From a virus (taxonomy: Duplodnaviria; Caudoviricetes), in IMG/VR virus record IMGVR_UViG_3300025632_000075, positions 1 to 24,206 of that record: 24,206 bases of DNA. One strand, written 5' to 3'. Shown in pieces: positions 15,845 to 22,688 of this stretch. Each line of letters begins with the position of its first letter. Within the stretch, counting starts at the first letter, position 1. The notes under the pieces are model-generated. The model was not told the DNA's origin. It made no database searches and was given only the letters and a program-made list of their open reading frames with translations. Position numbers and translations under genes: made by a program.

Positions 15845-17884
15845 ATGTCGATTGTAAATTATGCGGCTCCTGAATATCGTTACTACGACACTGACCGGAA
15901 GATCATGGAAGACTATGATAACCGGATTAATATCTATAATACCGCTCTGGGTGATTATAATACACAAGCCGCTGAATACCAAAAGCTGGTGGATGACTTT
16001 AACACCAACCAGATCGAACCGTGGAACGCGAACCTTGCTCAATGGCAAAAGGACCGCGAACTTTACAACGCGGCTATTGAAAAATGGAATGCTACGGACA
16101 GAACAACACCGTATGAGAGTTGGTCTGGTACGGTAACGTCTCCGGGAAACTTTACGAGTACCGCGCCTGTTTTTGAAGGCGGGGCGGCTCCTGTCGCACC
16201 TGACGACCCCGGTTTTTCTGGCGAGGACGTAGACGCTTTTATTAAAGAGGCGCAAGCCCGCGCACAACGTCGTGGGGCTGCCAGTGCTACAGCACAAGCT
16301 GTTATTGGAAACACGTCGGGCGCTTTTGGAAGTGGTGCTGGAGAGCAGTTGGTTCGGGACGGGGCAGGCTCTGCCGGGTTCCAAGCTGGAGATATTAATT
16401 TAGCCGGGAATGCAGGACTAAGCTCCACGGCCATGGGATTTGGAGATGGTGGTATGGTACAAAATTACGCGCAGGGTGGTGCAATAGCTTCCCCGTATGC
16501 CGCCAGTTTGCAACCAGCTAAACAGGGTAACCAACAAATGTTGTCTATGGGCGGCATTGGCGATCTTTTTAAAAACCAGTTCGGCGGCCAGATGCAAAAC
16601 CAATTCGGCAGCGCAATGGCCGACTTGCGCGGCTCTCCTCTCAAAAACTACCAAGATTACTTGATGGGCACTTACGGTCAAAAAGCCGCACAAACCGTTC
16701 AGGAAGCTGCGCAAAAAGATGTGGAGCATTTTGTGCAGTTGGTTGACGAAGCAGAGCGGGCTCACTTTGGAGCCGAAGAAAGCTTTGGCTTTGGCGGCGG
16801 ACAAATGCACCTCGACAGCATGAAGCAATTTGAACCAAGTCAGGGTAACTCTATGACCCGTGCCATAGGCGAAGACGGTAGCGGCGGCTCTATTCCAGAG
16901 TTTTCGATAAGCACTATGGCTATGGGTGAAGACGGAGGCGGCGGCTTTGGCTTCAACGGCATGACGACTCAAGCCATGGGCGAGGATGGTGGAGGCGGTA
17001 TGCCTTTGGGAAACCTCGAACCGCTTAAAGCCCCCGAAACTACCGGACAACTAGGAAACGCCATGGAAGCCGGTCTTGGTGGGATGTTTGCACAACTTTT
17101 TAATGAAGGGGGCGTCGTAGAGGCACCGGCTACCCCCGAACAGCTTACCGCCGTAAGACAGAAAATAATGGAAGATTATGGGTTTGATCCCATGGAGTTA
17201 GCTCTTGAACAAAACGTTGATCCCGAGCTAGTTCTACGTGTTATATACCAAGAAAATAAAGGCCGTCAGGGCCCCGTTAGTGAAAAAGGCGCAATAGGCC
17301 TAATGCAGCTTATGCCCGAAACGGCAAAAGAATTGGGTGTAGACCCCAACGATCCAAAACAAAACGTGATTGGTGGGATTAAGTATCTCAAGCAACAACT
17401 ACAGGATTTTGGTACGGTGCCCTTGGCCCTCGCAGCATATAACGCGGGCCCCGGTAATGTGCGTAAATACAACGGAATACCTCCTTTTGAGGAAACCCGT
17501 GATTACGTCTCAATCATTCACGGTGCGCCTAAAGGTGAAATATTACCAGCCATGGGAGACTTCTTTCAACTGACAGAAAACTCAAACCCGGCTCCTAAAC
17601 CTAGATCGCGGCCCGAAGGCCTTGGTCAACCGGGGTTTGTTCCTGCCGCGCAAGCGGTAAGCGAATATTTAATGATGCCTCCAGAGCCAGAAGTCGTAGA
17701 ACAGGCTTCCGTCCCGCAGGTTAGACCACAAGCGCGGCCCGAAGAACCAACAGAAAACATCTTTGCACAATACGCCGCGTATGACTACGACCAAGAAATG
17801 CCCAGCCCCTTTGCAAGTGGCGGCGAAGTTTCTGGACCGCCCCCGCTACGCGGACCAGACCCACAAGGTAGCTTTAAGCTATAA
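15845..17884 (+). CDS. Modular virion protein with a soluble lytic transglycosylase (SLT, GH23) domain
   Basis: SLT motifs at about 17180-17520: VIYQE (catalytic Glu, 17252-17254), [23 protein letters not shown] and [10 protein letters not shown]. The rest is low-complexity or repeat modules. Confidence 0.9.
   Translation: MSIVNYAAPEYRYYDTDRKIMEDYDNRINIYNTALGDYNTQAAEYQKLVDDFNTNQIEPWNANLAQWQKDRELYNAAIEKWNATDRTTPYESWSGTVTSPGNFTSTAPVFEGGAAPVAPDDPGFSGEDVDAFIKEAQARAQRRGAASATAQAVIGNTSGAFGSGAGEQLVRDGAGSAGFQAGDINLAGNAGLSSTAMGFGDGGMVQNYAQGGAIASPYAASLQPAKQGNQQMLSMGGIGDLFKNQFGGQMQNQFGSAMADLRGSPLKNYQDYLMGTYGQKAAQTVQEAAQKDVEHFVQLVDEAERAHFGAEESFGFGGGQMHLDSMKQFEPSQGNSMTRAIGEDGSGGSIPEFSISTMAMGEDGGGGFGFNGMTTQAMGEDGGGGMPLGNLEPLKAPETTGQLGNAMEAGLGGMFAQLFNEGGVVEAPATPEQLTAVRQKIMEDYGFDPMELALEQNVDPELVLRVIYQENKGRQGPVSEKGAIGLMQLMPETAKELGVDPNDPKQNVIGGIKYLKQQLQDFGTVPLALAAYNAGPGNVRKYNGIPPFEETRDYVSIIHGAPKGEILPAMGDFFQLTENSNPAPKPRSRPEGLGQPGFVPAAQAVSEYLMMPPEPEVVEQASVPQVRPQARPEEPTENIFAQYAAYDYDQEMPSPFASGGEVSGPPPLRGPDPQGSFKL
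16853..16999 (+). repeat. Three peptide repeats x-T-x-A-[IM]-G-E-D-G-x-G-G
   Basis: [12 protein letters not shown] (16853), [12 protein letters not shown] (16910) and [12 protein letters not shown] (16964). Codons differ between copies while the peptide is conserved. Confidence 0.9.
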
Positions 17885-18025
17885 ACTAGCCTTCAGCATT
17901 TCTAGCAGACTACGGATTTCCTCAAGCTTTTGCTTGAGGCCTAGCCGGTTGCGGTTTTCAGTCTCCGCAAGAAGGCCTGACAGCCTGTTTTCGAGGGTTG
18001 TTAATATTTGTTCTTGTTTAGTCAT
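17879..18025 (-). CDS. 48-aa helical/coiled-coil hypothetical protein (not in the ORF track)
   Basis: The ATG overlaps the helicase TAA (TAATG on the minus strand). Translation: [48 protein letters not shown]. It exactly fills the gap and overlaps the convergent SLT gene by 6 nt. Confidence 0.75.
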   Translation of the reverse strand: MTKQEQILTTLENRLSGLLAETENRNRLGLKQKLEEIRSLLEMLKASL

Positions 18026-19473
18026 TATTTCAACCAGTCCTTTGCGTCTTCACCTAAAACCTGCCCCGCAATATCAATTTTACTGCGCAACGCCTGTAAT
18101 ATCTTTTCGTCGATGGTGTCGGGCGAAACCATATCAATATAAGTTACCTTGTTTGTCTGGCCGATCCGGTGAGCGCGGTCCTCGGACTGCAATCTAATTT
18201 CCAAGTCATAACTATTAGAAAAGTAAATTACGGTGTTGGCAGCCGTCAAGGTAATGCCGTAACCCCCGGTCCGCGGCTGACCGACAAAGAACCGTAAGGG
18301 GTCAGCCTTGTCTTGAAACCGTGTAACGATCTCTTGGCGTTGGTCTTGGGGCGTACCGCCATAATAGGTGGCTACAGAGTCCGGTCCAAACCGAAGCTTT
18401 AACTCCTCCTCAATACGCAAGATATCGTGCGTGTAAGTGGCCCATATAATGGCTTTACCCTGAACCTCGTCAGAAAGTTCCAACAACTCTTTTAACCGAT
18501 TGCTTGGTATGGTTTCTATTTCGCCTTCGTCTGGCTGTATAAAGCCGCAGCATATCTGTTGCAGACGCATGATCTGCGTCAGGACACTGGCCGTTGTGGC
18601 AAGCTCCCCGCTCTCCAACTTTGCTAACGCCAGCTTTTTCATTTGCGTGTAAAGCTTCTTTTGTTCTGGCGTAAACTCTATTTCTCGGCGGACATAAACC
18701 TTTTCGGGTAGGTCCAAGCAATCCTGCTTCAAAACCCTGTCGCTAAACGTGTCTAACTTTTCCGAAAGTTCGTCTAGCCGTCGATACCCTACAATCTGTT
18801 GGAAGCTGCGGTGACCCATAGTCCGTTGCTGAATGTTCGCGTACCGCGCTTGAAAGGCAAAGTAGCTGTTAAATCCCAGAGCCTTATTCTTTAGGAAATC
18901 GCACTGGCTAAACAAATCCATCGGACTTTTAGTGATGGGGGAACCTGTCAGAATGCGCCGGTACTTTGAATATTCTTGCAACTTAACGATGTTCTTTGTC
19001 CGCGCGGCTTTGCGGTTTTTGATGGTGGTGCTTTCGTCTACCACCACAAGATTGTTGGGGTTTTGGTACAGGAAGGCCGTTGCAGCATCTGTCCCGCGTG
19101 ACGTAGAAAACGCCTCTATGTTCATAACAAATATTTTTATACCGTTAAGGTCATCGACAATGAAGTCTTTTAAGTCTATTTCCATACGTTTTGTCTTAGC
19201 CGGGGTCCAACGCAGCAAGGTCCGTTCGATCCTATCAGGTAAATGCGCGGGGATTTCGTTCTTAAACCAGTTGTCATAAACACCTTTGGGCGCAACAATT
19301 AACGCCGCATTGATCTTGCCAGCTTCGTAAAGAACCGCCATGGTATCAATAGCAACTTTGGTTTTACCTGTTCCCATCTCCATAAACAGTGCATAATACT
19401 CCTCGGCCCACGAAGCTTCTAACGCTTTTCTTTGGTGGTCATACGGGTTGGTTTTGTAATCAAATCCACGCAT
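18025..19473 (-). CDS. SNF2-like superfamily 2 helicase
   Basis: Q-motif PYDHQ, Walker A MGTGKT, Walker B VVVDES, motif III LTGSP, LRLQQI-like MRLQQI, motif V GGYGITLTAA and motif VI QSEDRAHRIGQ. AAGGA RBS. Confidence 0.95.
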   Translation of the reverse strand: MRGFDYKTNPYDHQRKALEASWAEEYYALFMEMGTGKTKVAIDTMAVLYEAGKINAALIVAPKGVYDNWFKNEIPAHLPDRIERTLLRWTPAKTKRMEIDLKDFIVDDLNGIKIFVMNIEAFSTSRGTDAATAFLYQNPNNLVVVDESTTIKNRKAARTKNIVKLQEYSKYRRILTGSPITKSPMDLFSQCDFLKNKALGFNSYFAFQARYANIQQRTMGHRSFQQIVGYRRLDELSEKLDTFSDRVLKQDCLDLPEKVYVRREIEFTPEQKKLYTQMKKLALAKLESGELATTASVLTQIMRLQQICCGFIQPDEGEIETIPSNRLKELLELSDEVQGKAIIWATYTHDILRIEEELKLRFGPDSVATYYGGTPQDQRQEIVTRFQDKADPLRFFVGQPRTGGYGITLTAANTVIYFSNSYDLEIRLQSEDRAHRIGQTNKVTYIDMVSPDTIDEKILQALRSKIDIAGQVLGEDAKDWLK

Positions 19474-19494
19474 TTTATTTTCCTTAAAAACTGC

Positions 19495-19522
19495 TTGACA
19501 AGTGCGGAGTATAAGATATTAT
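19495..19522 (+). promoter_or_regulatory. Sigma70-type promoter for the rightward replication operon
   Basis: TTGACA (19495-19500), 16-nt spacer, TATTAT (19517-19522). AAGGAG RBS at 19561-19566 before the ATG at 19574. Confidence 0.7.
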
Positions 19523-19535
19523 CTGTAATTGTCAA
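19508..19535 (-). promoter_or_regulatory. Sigma70-type promoter for the leftward SNF2 helicase operon, overlapping the rightward promoter
   Basis: Minus-strand TTGACA (19535-19530), 16-nt spacer, TATACT (19513-19508). Confidence 0.7.
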
Positions 19536-19573
19536 GGCCCGACAGGTGCCTTTAACCACGAAGGAGACTCGGA

Positions 19574-20155
19574 ATGAGTGACGACGTACTAAAAATGATG
19601 GAAGAAGATTTTGAGGACACTATCGCCTCTTCTGTCGAAAAGATAGATCAACAAGGCCTCCAAACGGTGGCGGAGTTGGCCAGAAAAATCCGTGACCATG
19701 AAGCACAGATTGAAAACCTTGAGCAATTAGCCAAGAGTTTGAAGAAAGAGCTTTTGAAGTTCACGGATGAAGACATGCCCGCGATGCTTGCAGAAATAGG
19801 TATATCTTCGTTTGCCTTGGATGACGGTTCTACTGTTCAGGTCAAACAAACGTATGGAGCCTCCATACTGGTAAACAATCGTCCGCAAGCCTACGACTGG
19901 CTGCGCGAAAACGGATACGACGACATTATTAAGAACACTGTCTTGTGTCAGTTTGGACGTGGCGAGGACGATCAAGCCAATGCTTTTTCGGCATTTGCTG
20001 AAAAGGAAGGTTTTGTGCCCACGCAGAAAACCGAAATTCACCCGCAGACCCTACGGGCGTTTGTGAAAGAAAGGTGCGAGGCAGGAGAAGAGTTTCCGAT
20101 GGAATTATTCGGAGCTTATGTTGGTCAACGCGCAGTCATTAAGAGAGGTAAATAA
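19574..20155 (+). CDS. Conserved phage replication-module hypothetical protein (N-terminal coiled coil)
   Basis: 193 aa with a strong RBS. Motifs FALDDGS.V.V, AYDWLRENGYDDIIKN and IHPQTLRAFVKE recall a family found upstream of phage SSB-like genes (from memory). Confidence 0.8.
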   Translation: MSDDVLKMMEEDFEDTIASSVEKIDQQGLQTVAELARKIRDHEAQIENLEQLAKSLKKELLKFTDEDMPAMLAEIGISSFALDDGSTVQVKQTYGASILVNNRPQAYDWLRENGYDDIIKNTVLCQFGRGEDDQANAFSAFAEKEGFVPTQKTEIHPQTLRAFVKERCEAGEEFPMELFGAYVGQRAVIKRGK

Positions 20156-20156
20156 T

Positions 20157-20939
20157 ATGGCACAGTCAAAAGAAGTTGCAAAAAAAGAAACAGCGGAAAT
20201 CGTGGAGTTTAACCCTGCGATGTTCGAAGAAGACGCCGGTAATGGATTACAGGATTTGGGTCAAGAAGACCTCGCCCTGCCATTTCTAAAAGTTCTGTCT
20301 GGAAATGATCCGGTACTGGACGTTAATGAGGATGCCCGCAAGGGGGACATCTATAATACCGTCACAGGAGCCCTCTACAAGGGCAAGACAGGTATTCAGG
20401 TCATCCCGTGCGCGTATCAGCGCAGGTTCATCCAGTGGGCTCCACGGGGCGTTGGGAGCGGCGCACCAACCGCGATCTACACCCCCGCGGACAAGCGCCC
20501 AGAGGTGCAACGCTCCAAGGAGGATAACAAAGACTATGTGATGGACGGCTCTGGTGAATACATCGAAGAAACGCACCAGCACTTTGTTATCTTGCTCGCG
20601 GAAGACGGCTCAATGGAAACAGCCTTGATTGCTATGAAATCTACGCAGCTTAAAAAGTCGCGTAAATGGAACAGCATCATGGCGTCACGTTCAATGATGG
20701 GATCGAAAGGACCCTTCACACCACCGCGGTTTGCCTACGTCTATGACTTGAAAACAATTGGGGAAGAGAACTCCAAGGGGTCATGGCACGGGTGGGAAAT
20801 GTCTGTAGCGGGCCCCGTGTCCGAAGCACACATGTATTCACGCGCTAAAGAATTTGCAGCAAGCATTAACGCTGGTGAGGTTGTTGTGAAACACTCGGAC
20901 GATGAAGCAACACAAACTTCGAACGATATACCGTTTTAA
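20157..20939 (+). CDS. Putative single-stranded DNA-binding protein
   Basis: Start re-assigned to the ATG at 20157 (GAGG RBS; MAQSKEVAKK). Aromatic/beta-rich core, acidic tail ending DDEATQTSNDIPF, and located just upstream of the primase. Confidence 0.65.
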   Translation: MAQSKEVAKKETAEIVEFNPAMFEEDAGNGLQDLGQEDLALPFLKVLSGNDPVLDVNEDARKGDIYNTVTGALYKGKTGIQVIPCAYQRRFIQWAPRGVGSGAPTAIYTPADKRPEVQRSKEDNKDYVMDGSGEYIEETHQHFVILLAEDGSMETALIAMKSTQLKKSRKWNSIMASRSMMGSKGPFTPPRFAYVYDLKTIGEENSKGSWHGWEMSVAGPVSEAHMYSRAKEFAASINAGEVVVKHSDDEATQTSNDIPF

Positions 20940-20949
20940 GTAGTGTTCG

Positions 20950-20982
20950 CGGCGGGGTAATTGTGCCCCGCCGTTTTTCTTT
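20950..20982 (+). terminator. Rho-independent terminator after the SSB-like gene
   Basis: Stem CGGCGGGG(TA) / (TG)CCCCGCCG with an ATTG loop, followed by TTTTTCTTT. Confidence 0.85.
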
Positions 20983-20997
20983 CGGGCGGGGGCAATA

Positions 20998-22536
20998 ATG
21001 TCAGCAGATAAATTTATGGCCATCTTTGATGGTTTAAAAGAGGCCTACGGCTACTTTAAAATTGAGAACACAGGTGCCGGTGGCAAAGCCAAAGGCAAAG
21101 CGGGCATCCTACGGGAACCGCGGGACCAGAAGTTGTGGGACAACCACCTCTCTGGAAAAGGTGCGGGATTAGGCATTATCCCAATTAACGAAGACAATTG
21201 CTGTAAGTGGGGGTGTATTGATATCGATCAGTACCCGCTAGACCACAAAGTTCTTGTCAATAAAATCCGTAAACTAAAAATACCAATGGTAGTGTGCCGC
21301 TCTAAATCAGGCGGAGCGCACTGCTTCTTGTTCGCAAGCGACTGGACAGCCGCCAAAGATATGCAGAAGGCTCTGCAATCAATAGCCGCGGCTCTCGGAT
21401 ATGGCGAAAGCGAGATATTCCCAAAGCAGATAAGGCTCCACCTCGACCGTGGCGACGTGGGTAACTTCCTAAACTTGCCATACTACGACCACGAAAACGG
21501 TCTGCGCTACGGCTTCTTGGATGACGGTACGTCTGCAACCTTAGAAGAATTTATTGAATTATACGAAAAACATGTTCAAACGCCGGAACAAATTGTTAAG
21601 CTACAAATAGTAGGTGGCGGCGAAACCGACCTACTCAAGGACGGCCCGCCCTGTCTACAAATCCTGTGCAAAGCAGGCATTAGCGAAGGAGGACGTAACA
21701 ATGGTTTATTTAACATCGGCGTTTACTTACGGAAAGCATACCCAGATAGCTGGGAGTCCGAAATACTCCGCTTCAACATGGAGTACATATCTCCGCCACT
21801 ACCACTGTCGGAGGTAAACGTTGTTGCCAAACAAGTAGAGCGAAAAGATTACGCTTACAAATGTTCTGACGCTCCGATCAATTCGCACTGCAATAAAGAC
21901 CTATGTCGGACGCGTAAGTTCGGCATAGGAGCCGCGGTAGCAGGGGCTACAATCGCAAACCTCCGAAAGTACAACTCTACCCCACCCGTGTGGTTTATGG
22001 ACGTTAATGGCGAGCCGCTAGAAATGGACACCGACGCCCTAATGAACCAAATGACGTTCCAAAAAGCTTGTATGGAACAGCTTAACTTCATGCCACGATC
22101 CGTTGCCAAGCAGCAATGGGAGAGCCGGATAAGCACACTGTTAAGTGAGATGAAAGATAACGAGAGCGCAATTATCGAAGTCGCGCAAGATGCCAGCATC
22201 AGCGGACAGTTCTACGATTATTTGGAGGAGTTTTGCGCCCACCTACAGGTGGCACAGGACAAAGAGGAAATCCTGTTGCGCAAGCCTTGGACCGATGAAG
22301 AGATGAACATCACGTACTTCAGGCTTAAAGACTTCGAAAACTTCCTGAAGAAAAATAAGTTCTTCGAATACAAGTCACACCGCATTGCCCAGCGCCTACG
22401 GGACATAAATGGAAGTAGCCTTGTGATGAAGATCAAGGGCCGTGCCGTCCGTGTCTGGCAGATACCATCTTTCGATAGTGCCGATATAAACATTGATCCG
22501 CCACAGTTTGGGTCCCAAGAAGAGGCTCCGTTTTAA
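20998..22536 (+). CDS. Archaeo-eukaryotic primase (AEP) superfamily primase/primase-polymerase with a PriCT-like region
   Basis: Motif I WGCIDID, motif II RSKSGGAH and EIFPKQ...GNFLNLPY. PPCL...GGRNNGLF is PriCT-like and is followed by three more Cys. No Walker A seen. Confidence 0.85.
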   Translation: MSADKFMAIFDGLKEAYGYFKIENTGAGGKAKGKAGILREPRDQKLWDNHLSGKGAGLGIIPINEDNCCKWGCIDIDQYPLDHKVLVNKIRKLKIPMVVCRSKSGGAHCFLFASDWTAAKDMQKALQSIAAALGYGESEIFPKQIRLHLDRGDVGNFLNLPYYDHENGLRYGFLDDGTSATLEEFIELYEKHVQTPEQIVKLQIVGGGETDLLKDGPPCLQILCKAGISEGGRNNGLFNIGVYLRKAYPDSWESEILRFNMEYISPPLPLSEVNVVAKQVERKDYAYKCSDAPINSHCNKDLCRTRKFGIGAAVAGATIANLRKYNSTPPVWFMDVNGEPLEMDTDALMNQMTFQKACMEQLNFMPRSVAKQQWESRISTLLSEMKDNESAIIEVAQDASISGQFYDYLEEFCAHLQVAQDKEEILLRKPWTDEEMNITYFRLKDFENFLKKNKFFEYKSHRIAQRLRDINGSSLVMKIKGRAVRVWQIPSFDSADINIDPPQFGSQEEAPF

Positions 22537-22688
22537 TGCCTAATGTTTTAAAAGCGATGCGCAACGCAGAGATTATGCGCCTCATCGATGAACAGCACGT
22601 CACCATGACTGCGGTGGCCAAGTGGTTTGGCATCTCAAAACAACGCGTTCAACAAATATACAAACGGGAGAAGTCTAAAGATGTTTAG
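22536..22688 (+). CDS. 50-aa helix-turn-helix protein, sigma70 region 4-like (not in the ORF track)
   Basis: TAATG overlap with the primase. Translation: MPNVLKAMRNAEIMRLIDEQHVTMTAVAKWFGISKQRVQQIYKREKSKDV*. T..VAK.FGISKQRVQQI matches the region 4.2 HTH pattern (T..EVG..FGVTRERIRQI). Confidence 0.85.
   Translation: MPNVLKAMRNAEIMRLIDEQHVTMTAVAKWFGISKQRVQQIYKREKSKDV

Noticed and set aside
15767-17050. Minus-strand ORFs of 205 and 210 aa (15767-16384, 16418-17050)
   Set aside because: Antisense to the well-supported SLT gene, with no motifs or translational coupling.
17763-18197. 144-aa plus-strand ORF spanning the convergence point
   Set aside because: Overlaps two confident genes. The coupled 48-aa minus-strand ORF explains the gap better.
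1134-22680. Longest-ORF starts at 1134, 2428, 20118 and 22627
   Set aside because: Downstream ATGs at 1191, 2458, 20157 and 22681 have clear SD sequences, avoid long overlaps or the promoter, and give family-typical N-termini.
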